Assembly (NCBI GenBank): GCA_015488615.1
Contig: WFNM01000021.1
Coordinates: forward strand, 58 to 64,057
DNA from: Sulfurimonas sp.
GTDB lineage: Bacteria > Campylobacterota > Campylobacteria > Campylobacterales > Sulfurimonadaceae
Direction of reading: 5' to 3'
DNA length: 64,000 nt
Shown here: positions 25,456 through 34,211 of the stretch, one piece after another
Position numbering within the stretch: position 1 is the stretch's first letter
How the letters are laid out: each line of letters starts with the position of its first letter
Made by a program: the position numbers and the translations under genes
The notes under the pieces: model-generated
Database searches by the model: none
Told to the model about the DNA's origin: nothing
The model's input: only the letters and a program-made list of their open reading frames with translations

Positions 25456-27762
25456 ATGATAAGTAAAGTAAAAGATTTTTTAGGTTTTGATATAAAAGAG
25501 GAAAAGTATAAGCTCTCCAATGATGCGATTTTTGGTATGATAAGTGATGAGAAGAAGCCTGATAAATGGGTATTTTCTACTTGTGGTTACTGTGGTGTGG
25601 GTTGTGGGCTTTACATCGGAGTTAAAGATGGCAAAGCTGTTTATACGAAAGGAAACCCGAAACACTTTGTCAACCAAGGGACACTCTGCCCTAAGGGGCT
25701 TTCTGAACATCAGATGATAAACTCTCCTGAGAGGATTCAAACGCCACTTATTCGTAGAGATGGCGAGTTAAAACCTGCATCATGGGATGAGGCTTTTACT
25801 AAGGTAAGTGATGAGTTTAAACGCATAGCTTCAGAGCATGGGCCTAAGGCTGTTTCAGTCATAGGAACAGGACAGTTTCTCACTGAAGAGTTCTATACAC
25901 TTGGAAAGTTTGTGCAGTTAGGACTCCAAACAAATAACTACGATGGAAATACTACTTTGTGTATGGCATCAGCAGTTATGGGTTACAAGCAGTCTTTAGG
26001 AAGTGATGGTGCTACAAGCTCGTATGAAGATTTTGAGCTAGCAGATACTATCTTTCTTGTTGGGGCAAACATCGCCGATAATCATCCTATCCTCACACTT
26101 CATATAAACAAGAACAAACGTCCTACAAAAAAAGTGATAGTTATCGACCCGCGCGCAAGTAAAACTTCTCAGATGGCAGATCTCTATGTGCCTATAAAAC
26201 CACGTACTGATTTAGCACTCTATAATGGACTTGCCTATATAGTGATGGAGCAGGGTTGGGAAGATGAGGGCTACATAAAAGCCAATACGAACGGCTACAA
26301 AGAGCTTAAAAAACATCTTCAAGATTACCCACCTCAAGAGGTTGCAAATATTACAGGCATAGATGTCAAGACTCTCTATGAACTCGCTCGACAATTCGTA
26401 GCCCAAGATAGCGTTTTAACAGGCTGGACTATGGGGATAAATCAATCCTTTATGGGAACAGATACCGTAAGTGCTATCATTAACCTGCACCTTTTAACTG
26501 GACAGATAGGAAAAGAGGGGGCTGGTCCTTTTAGTATTACTGGACAGTGTAACGCTATGGGAACTCGTGAGACTGGATTTACTTCCTCTCTTCCTGGGTA
26601 TAGAAACTATGGGGATGAAAAAGCTCTTAAAGAGTATGCGAGTATAGTCAATGTACCTGAGGAGATTGTGCCTACGAGTCGTGGGTATAAGTATGCTGAG
26701 ATAATTGACGCGATAGATAGAGGGGAGATAAAAGCTCTCTGGATTACTGCGACAAATCCACTTGTAAGCTTCGTAAACCAAGACAAACTCCGTAAAACCT
26801 TAGCAAAACTTGACCTTTTAGTGGTGCAAGATGCTTTCCTCGGTGATACTGCCCAGATAGCTGATGTTATCTTTTCTGCTGCAACATGGGGAGAAAAAGA
26901 GGGAACATATACAAACTCTGAACGCCGATGCAACAAGGCAAACAAAGCTGTAGAACCTTTGGGAGATACTATGGGTGATTTTAATATTGTTTTAGAATTT
27001 TCCAAATATTTTGAAGGTGTCAATGAGATGCTCTTTCCTAACTGGAGTGAGCCTCGTGATGCTTTTGAAGAGTGGAGAAAAGTCTCTAAAGGGCAACTTT
27101 GTGATTACTCAGGTATCAGCTATGAGCTTCTTGAGGAACATGGGGGCATACAGTGGCCTTGTAATGAAGAGCATCCTCTCGGAACAAAACGTCTCTATAC
27201 TCCAGATATGCCTTTTAGAACACAGGATCAAAAAGCAAAACTTCTTTGTGTTGAGTGGTTTCCTATGGAAGAGGCTATTTCATCGAAGTTTCCTGTTATC
27301 TTAAATACAGGAAGAACAGTAGAGCAGTGGCATACTCGCACAAAAACGCGAAGTATAGATATTCTTAATGACCTTGCTCCTGAAGCATGGGTTGACTTAA
27401 GTCCTAAAGATGCAGAAAAACTCAAGGTAAAAAGTGGCGATAGAATGAGTCTCTCCTCTCCTCGTGGTCGCGTTGATGATGTTGTAGTGCGTGTAACTGG
27501 AAGTGTGAGAGAGGGGACGGTCTTTGTGCCTTTTCACTTTAACACACAACTTGTAAACACTCTGACTAACGAGAGTTTCTGTCCCAAATCAGGAGAGCCA
27601 AATTTCAAACAGACTGCCATTCAACTCCACTCTGCTAAAGTACCTGAGGGTTTAAGCATAGCAGAGACAGAGATAGCTGGAGAGATAGAGCATCTCAAAA
27701 CTACTTACGAAGGCATCAAGACAAGTGTGGCGTTTAAAGAAAAAGTTGCACTAAAGAGTTAA
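25456..27762 (+). CDS. Cytoplasmic Mo-bisPGD nitrate reductase catalytic subunit (NasA/NarB-like)
   Basis: CGYCGVGC...LCPKG, GQFLTEE, TTLCMASA (Cys Mo ligand), TGQCNAMG, EKEGTYTNSERR, LNTGR...WHTRT; no TAT signal. Confidence 0.82.
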   Translation: MISKVKDFLGFDIKEEKYKLSNDAIFGMISDEKKPDKWVFSTCGYCGVGCGLYIGVKDGKAVYTKGNPKHFVNQGTLCPKGLSEHQMINSPERIQTPLIRRDGELKPASWDEAFTKVSDEFKRIASEHGPKAVSVIGTGQFLTEEFYTLGKFVQLGLQTNNYDGNTTLCMASAVMGYKQSLGSDGATSSYEDFELADTIFLVGANIADNHPILTLHINKNKRPTKKVIVIDPRASKTSQMADLYVPIKPRTDLALYNGLAYIVMEQGWEDEGYIKANTNGYKELKKHLQDYPPQEVANITGIDVKTLYELARQFVAQDSVLTGWTMGINQSFMGTDTVSAIINLHLLTGQIGKEGAGPFSITGQCNAMGTRETGFTSSLPGYRNYGDEKALKEYASIVNVPEEIVPTSRGYKYAEIIDAIDRGEIKALWITATNPLVSFVNQDKLRKTLAKLDLLVVQDAFLGDTAQIADVIFSAATWGEKEGTYTNSERRCNKANKAVEPLGDTMGDFNIVLEFSKYFEGVNEMLFPNWSEPRDAFEEWRKVSKGQLCDYSGISYELLEEHGGIQWPCNEEHPLGTKRLYTPDMPFRTQDQKAKLLCVEWFPMEEAISSKFPVILNTGRTVEQWHTRTKTRSIDILNDLAPEAWVDLSPKDAEKLKVKSGDRMSLSSPRGRVDDVVVRVTGSVREGTVFVPFHFNTQLVNTLTNESFCPKSGEPNFKQTAIQLHSAKVPEGLSIAETEIAGEIEHLKTTYEGIKTSVAFKEKVALKS

Positions 27763-27843
27763 GAAAAGTAGTTGTAACCTCTTATTTACCACTCTGAGCT
27801 ATACTTTTGGCATGAAAATTAGTTAAAAGTGGAACAAAAAATT

Positions 27844-28674
27844 ATGAGTAAATTGAAAAAAATTTTAGTTCGAGCTCGTCGTCAAGTCTTCTCAGAAATG
27901 GTAGGAAATAATCCTTCCATATTTCAAGGAGAAGGGTATGACTTTATTGAGCTTCGAGAGTATATGCCAGGGGATGATATTCGCCATATAGATTGGAATA
28001 TCACTGCCAAACTTCAAAAACCTTTTATCAAAATCTTTCGTGAAGAACGTGAGCTGAATGTCGTTATTGCTTCTGTACTTAATGGAAGTGTACACTTTGG
28101 TTCTAAAAAATTCAAACAAGATGTTATAGCTGAGGTAGCTGCACTTTTAGGTTTTTCTACACTTAAAAATGGAGACCTTCTTAGCTCTTATATATTCACA
28201 GATAAGATAGAATCTCATGCAAAGCCAAGCAAAAAACTTTATCAAATACATAAAAGCGTAGAGGAAATTCTCTCCTTTGATGCTCTAAATAAAAAAGTAG
28301 ACTTTAAAAACATAGCTGATACTCTTTTTAAACAACTCAGACGTAAGTCACTTATCTTAGTTGTGGGTGATTTTTTTGAGATACCAGATTTTAAACTTCT
28401 TGCGAAAAAGCATGAGGTAGTTGCTCTGATAGTAAGGGATCATTTAGAAGAAAAACCACCACAAATGGGATTTTCTTCTCTTGTAGATCCTGAAAGTGGT
28501 GCTGTACTTGAGGGAGATTTCAACCGTTCAAGTGTCGAAAGTTATGCGAAAAAGGTACAAGAGCATGATAGAGAGCTCTATAGTGTTCTGCGCAAAGATA
28601 AAATCCGTTTTACAAAGGTCTATACGGATGCAAATGTGAGTGTAGCACTTCGTAGACTTTTTGAGGGACGATAA
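27844..28674 (+). CDS. DUF58 family protein (MoxR-associated)
   Basis: GEGYDFIELREYMPGDDIRHIDWNITAK, REERE. Confidence 0.9.
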   Translation: MSKLKKILVRARRQVFSEMVGNNPSIFQGEGYDFIELREYMPGDDIRHIDWNITAKLQKPFIKIFREERELNVVIASVLNGSVHFGSKKFKQDVIAEVAALLGFSTLKNGDLLSSYIFTDKIESHAKPSKKLYQIHKSVEEILSFDALNKKVDFKNIADTLFKQLRRKSLILVVGDFFEIPDFKLLAKKHEVVALIVRDHLEEKPPQMGFSSLVDPESGAVLEGDFNRSSVESYAKKVQEHDRELYSVLRKDKIRFTKVYTDANVSVALRRLFEGR

Positions 28675-28675
28675 T

Positions 28676-29092
28676 ATGGGTGGTATAAACAGTATGCAAT
28701 CACAAGAAATTCCATTACATGATATTAAAGGTCTAGTTGAGATTCATGAGTATTCACTCTACTATTTAAGTGCTTTAGTCATTGTTGTACTTATTCTTCT
28801 TTTTGGATTACTTTATTTACTTTATAAATTTTTACAAAATAGAAAAAAATTTAATCTACGCAAAGAGAATCTAATGCTGCTTCATAAGATAAACTTTCGT
28901 GATGCAAAAAAAGCGGCATATGAGATAACACAACTTACTTCAATATTTAAAGATGACACTCTACGACACGAAAGAGCATATAAGCTTTTAGTAGAGAACC
29001 TTGAATCCTATAAGTATAAGAAAGAGGTCTCAGAATTTAGCAATGAGAGTAAACATCTCCTTGAAAACTTTTTAGGATTAATCGATGTTTGA
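28676..29092 (+). CDS. Single-TM hypothetical protein (DUF4381-like, Bat cluster)
   Basis: IPLHDIK before one TM; lies between DUF58 and batA. Exact start uncertain. Confidence 0.65.
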   Translation: MGGINSMQSQEIPLHDIKGLVEIHEYSLYYLSALVIVVLILLFGLLYLLYKFLQNRKKFNLRKENLMLLHKINFRDAKKAAYEITQLTSIFKDDTLRHERAYKLLVENLESYKYKKEVSEFSNESKHLLENFLGLIDV

Positions 29093-30014
29093 TGGTATAT
29101 ATTTTGAATTTCCCAAGATTCTTTTTGTTATATTTTTCTTTATAGCATGTGAGTCACTCTGCCGTATGCGCTTACCTTCGCTTTACTTTCCTCATGCTAA
29201 GCAGTTTATGAAGCAAGGGATTGCATCTTCAAAACTTCTTTTCTTTCTTAAATGGATAGCAATTGTGATGATAATACTTGCTTTGATGTCTCCTGTAAAG
29301 GATGAGCCCTATGAGTTAGAGCCAAAAAAAGGGCATGAGATAGCACTTATTCTTGATGCTTCTGGATCTATGCAAGAGAGAGGATTCGATAAGTCTAATC
29401 CACGTTTAAGTCGTTTTGATGTAGTAAAAGATATAGTCCGTGACTTTATTGCTAAACGTAAAAATGATAATATGGGGCTAGTAGTCTTTGGTTCTTACTC
29501 TTTTATAGCTTCGCCTCTAACTTATGATAGAAATATTCTTTCTCGTATAGTTTCACAGTTAAGTGTTGGTATGGCTGGAAAATCTACAGCTCTTTATGAA
29601 GCACTTGCACAGGGAGTTAATCTCTTGAAAATGAGTAAGTCAAAATCAAAAATCGCCATACTTTTAACAGATGGTTACTCGACTGCAGGAGTAGATAAAA
29701 TCCCTCTTGATGTGGCTATTGACATTGCTAAAAAAGAGGGTGTAAAAGTCTATCCAATAGGTATAGGTGGTACAGGTGGATATAATAAAAGTGTACTCTT
29801 AAAAATTGCAAAAGAAACAGGTGGTGTAGCATTTGGTGCTTCAAGCGCAGATGAACTTAAATCTGTTTATAAAAAGATAGATAAGTTAGAAAAAGTAGAG
29901 ATAAAAACAGAATCATACAATAATCTCAAATACTACTATCTTTATCCACTTTTCATAGGGCTTCTCTCCTTGATGCTGTATGTCTATTTACGTAATAAAC
30001 GTGGGAGCAATTAA
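29085..30014 (+). CDS. batA: vWA domain protein, BatA-like
   Basis: MIDAS DASGS, SPLTYD, ILLTDG; flanking TMs. Confidence 0.82.
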   Translation: MFDGIYFEFPKILFVIFFFIACESLCRMRLPSLYFPHAKQFMKQGIASSKLLFFLKWIAIVMIILALMSPVKDEPYELEPKKGHEIALILDASGSMQERGFDKSNPRLSRFDVVKDIVRDFIAKRKNDNMGLVVFGSYSFIASPLTYDRNILSRIVSQLSVGMAGKSTALYEALAQGVNLLKMSKSKSKIAILLTDGYSTAGVDKIPLDVAIDIAKKEGVKVYPIGIGGTGGYNKSVLLKIAKETGGVAFGASSADELKSVYKKIDKLEKVEIKTESYNNLKYYYLYPLFIGLLSLMLYVYLRNKRGSN

Positions 30015-31868
30015 ATGCATTTTTTACATCCAGAATTTTTTTACTATATGTTGCCACCAATGTTTGTCCTTTTTGGACTATTGCTGACTCAAAAAGCCAT
30101 GCAAGAGAGCTTCTTCTCAAAAGAGGTAATGGATAAACTTCAAGTGTCTTCAAATACACTAACTCTCAAAGTAAGAAATGGACTCTTTTTTCTTATAGGA
30201 GTACTTATGGTCATTGCCTTAGCTGGACCAGTACTTAATGATGGAAAAGTTGAAGTAAAAGCAAAGAGTGCAGATATCATGATAGCATTAGATATAAGCG
30301 ACTCGATGTTAGCAGAAGATGTCTATCCAAATCGTTTAAAGTTTGCTAAACAAAAGGTTCTTGCACTCCTTCATGAAGCACCAAATGAGAGAGTTGGGGT
30401 TATTGCATTTGCAAAGAACTCTTATCTTGTTTCTCCTCTTAGTTTTGATAGTGCTGCTGTAAGTTTTCTTTTACGTTCGCTCAATACAGATTCTATTACA
30501 GAAAAGGGAACAAATTTTCTTTCAATGCTCAAAGTTGTAGATCATAGCATAAAAGATAAATCTAAACGCTATGTGCTTATACTTACTGATGGTGGAGATA
30601 AGAGTAACTTTAGCAAAGAGATTAATTTTGCTAAAAAACATCATATTGTTGTCTTTATTTTAGGAATTGGAACAAGTAAGGGTGCACCTATTAAGAGAGA
30701 AAATGGTACATTTATTAAACAAAATGGTGCTGTTATAGTCTCGAAACTTAATTCGGCTATTAGTAAACTTGCAACGAGTACGGGTGGCGTTTACATAGAA
30801 AGTGTGAACTCTGATAAAGATATAAAAACGATGCTCAAAGAGATAGAGTCTCATAGTGAGAAAAAAACACTTAAATCACAGGAGATAGAAAGGTTTATTC
30901 CTCTCTTTTATTATCCTTTAGGTTTAGCACTTTTTCTACTACTTATAGCAACTTCTTCTATGAGTAAACGCGAGACGATAAATGTTCCTGCTCTCTTTCT
31001 TTTAGTTGTGATGATAGGACAGGCTCCCACTCTTCATGCAGGAGTTTTAGACTTTATGAAGTTAGATGAAGCGAAAAAATCTTATGAATCTGGGGATTAT
31101 ACAAAGTCGCAAAAACTTTATGAAAAGTATGCAAATGAGTCTCAAAATGCAGAAGCGAATTATAATGTTGCTAATACTCTATATAAACAGGGTAAGTATA
31201 AAGAGGCCGTGAAAAATTATGAGAAAGCTGTTTTTGATGATAAAAATAAACGCGCAAAAAACTATGCAAACTTAGGAAATGCTTATGTTAAGTCAAAAGA
31301 TAAAGATAGCCTTACAAAAGCAGTAAAAGCATATGAAAAATCTTTAAAAATTAAAGAAGATAAAGAGATACAAGAAAATCTTGAAGCAGTAAAGAAAGCA
31401 CTTCAAAAGCAGAAAAAACAGCAAGATAAACAAAAGAAAAATAAAAAGGACTCTAAAAACAAAAAAAAGAATAAAGATCAAAAGGAAAAGAAGAAAAACT
31501 CACAAGAGAAGCAAAAAAAGTCCGATAAAGAGAAAAAGCAAAAGAATAAATCAGATAAAAAAAATAAGGACGAGCAGAAGAAAAAAGATGCTCAAAAGAA
31601 AAAAGATGCTCAAAAGAAAAAAGAGAAACAAAAAAGCGAAGAGCAAAAGAAAAAAGAGCAGGAGAAGAAAAAGAATAAGGCTGAAGAGTTAAAGGAAAAT
31701 AACACTACAGTACAATCTCAAGAAGCTCAAAATATAAAGCAAATGAAAATGAGTAAAGAAGAAGAAAAAAAATGGCTTAAAAAGCTACAAAAGAACCAAA
31801 GTACTTTTCTTTATAGACTCAATAAAACAAATAAATTAGAGGAGAATTTAGATGAAAAACCTTGGTAA
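30015..31868 (+). CDS. vWA plus TPR protein (BatB-BatC fusion) with Lys/Gln-rich tail
   Basis: DISDS, YPNRL, ILTDG; TPR YNVANTLYKQGKYKEA and YANLGNAY; ends EKPW. Confidence 0.82.
   Translation: MHFLHPEFFYYMLPPMFVLFGLLLTQKAMQESFFSKEVMDKLQVSSNTLTLKVRNGLFFLIGVLMVIALAGPVLNDGKVEVKAKSADIMIALDISDSMLAEDVYPNRLKFAKQKVLALLHEAPNERVGVIAFAKNSYLVSPLSFDSAAVSFLLRSLNTDSITEKGTNFLSMLKVVDHSIKDKSKRYVLILTDGGDKSNFSKEINFAKKHHIVVFILGIGTSKGAPIKRENGTFIKQNGAVIVSKLNSAISKLATSTGGVYIESVNSDKDIKTMLKEIESHSEKKTLKSQEIERFIPLFYYPLGLALFLLLIATSSMSKRETINVPALFLLVVMIGQAPTLHAGVLDFMKLDEAKKSYESGDYTKSQKLYEKYANESQNAEANYNVANTLYKQGKYKEAVKNYEKAVFDDKNKRAKNYANLGNAYVKSKDKDSLTKAVKAYEKSLKIKEDKEIQENLEAVKKALQKQKKQQDKQKKNKKDSKNKKKNKDQKEKKKNSQEKQKKSDKEKKQKNKSDKKNKDEQKKKDAQKKKDAQKKKEKQKSEEQKKKEQEKKKNKAEELKENNTTVQSQEAQNIKQMKMSKEEEKKWLKKLQKNQSTFLYRLNKTNKLEENLDEKPW
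31578..31624 (+). repeat. 18-bp in-frame tandem repeat (AAGAAAAAAGATGCTCAA, about 2.6 copies; KKKDAQ)
   Basis: Read directly inside the A-rich low-complexity tail. Confidence 0.8.
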
Positions 31869-33285
31869 GATACTGTTTTTTTTACTGTTATTCGTTACTA
31901 CAAGTTTTGCAAATGTAAGTGCAAAAGTAAGTCCGAGTGTTGTGTATGAGGGTGAGAATGCTACTTACACCCTAAATATTATAGGAACTAATGTTCATAA
32001 GCCTATCCTCACTGATATATGTGGTAATGATATCACATCAACAGGCTCTCAAACTAGTATACAGACTATAAATGGAAGCTACTCAAAAAGTTATAAATTA
32101 ACTTATGAATTTACACCTACTAAGAGTTGTATAGTTCCTTCAGTAGAAGTTAATGTTGATGGAAAATTAGAAAAGTCTAATAGTGTAAACCTTCATGTAA
32201 AAAAGATGAAACGCGATCCAAATGCTGACTTTATTCTTACTCTTAAAACTAATAAAAAAGAGCTTTATGTTGGTGAGCCTTTTAGTCTTACACTACTGCT
32301 GAAACAGAGAAAAGGTGCACAAGTAGTTGATAGTAAATTTATAGCTCCTGAGTTTAAGGGTTTTTGGAAAAAGTCGGAGAGTAAACCGGAAAGATCTGAA
32401 GATAATGAGTTTATAACTACAAAGGTCATTTATAAGTTAGCACCACAAAGAGCTGGAAAACTGATACTCGATACAGCGAAACTTAAAATTGCTACGAGAA
32501 CTGGAGGAGAGAGTTGGGATACATTTATGCCTCAAGTACACTGGAGAACATATATCTCAAATACTATAGAAATATATGCTAAAGCATTGCCAAATAATCT
32601 GAAATTAGTCGGAAATTTCACAATAAATGTAGTGGCACAAAAAACAGTAGTCAATCCAAATGAGGCAGTAAATGTGACTGTAGAAGTTAAGGGCAATGGA
32701 AACTTAGAGGATATAGAGAGTTTTAAACCTTACATAGCAGGTGTAAATGTATTTGATGAGAAGATAGAGATACAGGGAGATAGGCTCCAGCAGAAGTTAG
32801 TTTTTGTGAGTGATAAAGATTTTACTATTCCTTCGTTCAAACTGGTTTATTTTGATCCATCAACTAAAAAGATTAAAAAAATAAAAACAGAGCCAATAAA
32901 GATAAAAGTGAGTGGTGCTGTGAAAACTACTACACCACTTAAGATAACAAGAGATGAAAATAATGCTGTAAAAGTAGGAGTCTCTACACATAAAGTTGTA
33001 GTTGAAAAAAATAATTATCTCTATATTGTGTTTGCATTTCTCTCTGGTTTAGTTATTGGTATAACAATTATACTTTTTAAACCAAAGTTTAGACAGAGTA
33101 AAGTAAAAAAGTTTAATATAAAAGATGAAAAACTTCTACTTATTAAATTATTACCATACCGAGATAGCGATGAAGATGTAGCAAAGGTAGTGCAAATCTT
33201 AGAAGGTAATATTTATGGCAAGAGTAAAGAGAATATTGATAAAAAACTAATTAAAGAGTTAGTGAAGCGATACAACCTCGTTTAG
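31852..33285 (+). CDS. batD: BatD-like protein
   Basis: Signal peptide, Ig-like beta repeats (KELYVGEP, VKGNGNL), C-terminal TM. Confidence 0.78.
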   Translation: MKNLGKILFFLLLFVTTSFANVSAKVSPSVVYEGENATYTLNIIGTNVHKPILTDICGNDITSTGSQTSIQTINGSYSKSYKLTYEFTPTKSCIVPSVEVNVDGKLEKSNSVNLHVKKMKRDPNADFILTLKTNKKELYVGEPFSLTLLLKQRKGAQVVDSKFIAPEFKGFWKKSESKPERSEDNEFITTKVIYKLAPQRAGKLILDTAKLKIATRTGGESWDTFMPQVHWRTYISNTIEIYAKALPNNLKLVGNFTINVVAQKTVVNPNEAVNVTVEVKGNGNLEDIESFKPYIAGVNVFDEKIEIQGDRLQQKLVFVSDKDFTIPSFKLVYFDPSTKKIKKIKTEPIKIKVSGAVKTTTPLKITRDENNAVKVGVSTHKVVVEKNNYLYIVFAFLSGLVIGITIILFKPKFRQSKVKKFNIKDEKLLLIKLLPYRDSDEDVAKVVQILEGNIYGKSKENIDKKLIKELVKRYNLV

Positions 33286-34112
33286 TCGAGGATATCGTGG
33301 AGTTTATTGGCATCTTCCATCTCTTGATGGACTCTCTGCCAGTCATCATTTTCTATCGCAGATTTAAGTTGTTCTAGTTCTTCTTGAAAGATACTAATAG
33401 ACTCTAAAAGGTTAGTCTTATTTTGTCTAAAAATATCCTCCCACATATAAGGAGAACTCTTCGCTAAACGGCTCATAGAACGGTAGCCTCCAGCTGCTAG
33501 CGCTAAGATATTGTGCTTATTCTCTTGACGCATAACAGTATTGGCTATAGCATAAGAGACTGCATGGGGCATATGCGAGATAAATGCAGCATGTCGGTCA
33601 TGTTCACGTGCATGCATATAAGTTTTTCTCATTTTAAGTGATTTAAAAATTTTTTTTGCTACATCTGCTTGATGTTTGCCACTCTCTTCAAGGTCACAAA
33701 GTACGACAACTTTATCCTCGTATAGACCTTCAACTGCTGCGAGTGGACCGAAGTTTTCCGTACCTGTCATGGGATGTGCTGCTACGAAATTTTTTCGTAT
33801 TACTGCTGGAACACTTTCTACAATCTTTTGCTTCGTACTTCCAAGATCTATGATAGTTGTATTTTTATCTATATCTGTGAGATTATTAAGGGTGGCGATG
33901 AGACCATCAACAGGAATAGCGAGAAATATCACATCTGCTTTTTTAAGTGTTTCAAATGAGACTATCTCATCTACTAAACCAAGTTTAATAGCTTGTGATG
34001 TGTGCTTTTCATTGTGATCGTAACCAACTATTTTTTTTACGTATTCTAGTTTCTTTAGACTCATTGCGAGAGAGCCTCCCATAAGTCCTAAACCTATAAT
34101 TGCTATATTCAT
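33282..34112 (-). CDS. tyrA: Prephenate dehydrogenase
   Basis: IIGLGLMGGSL, DLGSTK, AHPMTGTE, HDRHAAFISHMPH. Confidence 0.93.
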   Translation of the reverse strand: MNIAIIGLGLMGGSLAMSLKKLEYVKKIVGYDHNEKHTSQAIKLGLVDEIVSFETLKKADVIFLAIPVDGLIATLNNLTDIDKNTTIIDLGSTKQKIVESVPAVIRKNFVAAHPMTGTENFGPLAAVEGLYEDKVVVLCDLEESGKHQADVAKKIFKSLKMRKTYMHAREHDRHAAFISHMPHAVSYAIANTVMRQENKHNILALAAGGYRSMSRLAKSSPYMWEDIFRQNKTNLLESISIFQEELEQLKSAIENDDWQRVHQEMEDANKLHDILD

Positions 34113-34211
34113 TTTTTTATCTCTGTTTTATTTATGAAATTATACTTAATTTACCCTAGATTAACCTCATAATGGGTAAAATCTTTTCTTATATTTAACT
34201 ATGGAATTTTA

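Noticed and set aside
25456-27762. Periplasmic NapA or a (seleno)formate dehydrogenase
   Set aside because: No twin-arginine leader and no nap genes adjacent. The active-site segment is LCMASA rather than the C/U-H of Fdh, and there is no in-frame TGA.
27808-27822. Sigma-54 promoter (TGGCATGAAAATTAG) before DUF58
   Set aside because: The -24 GG is present but the -12 GC is missing.
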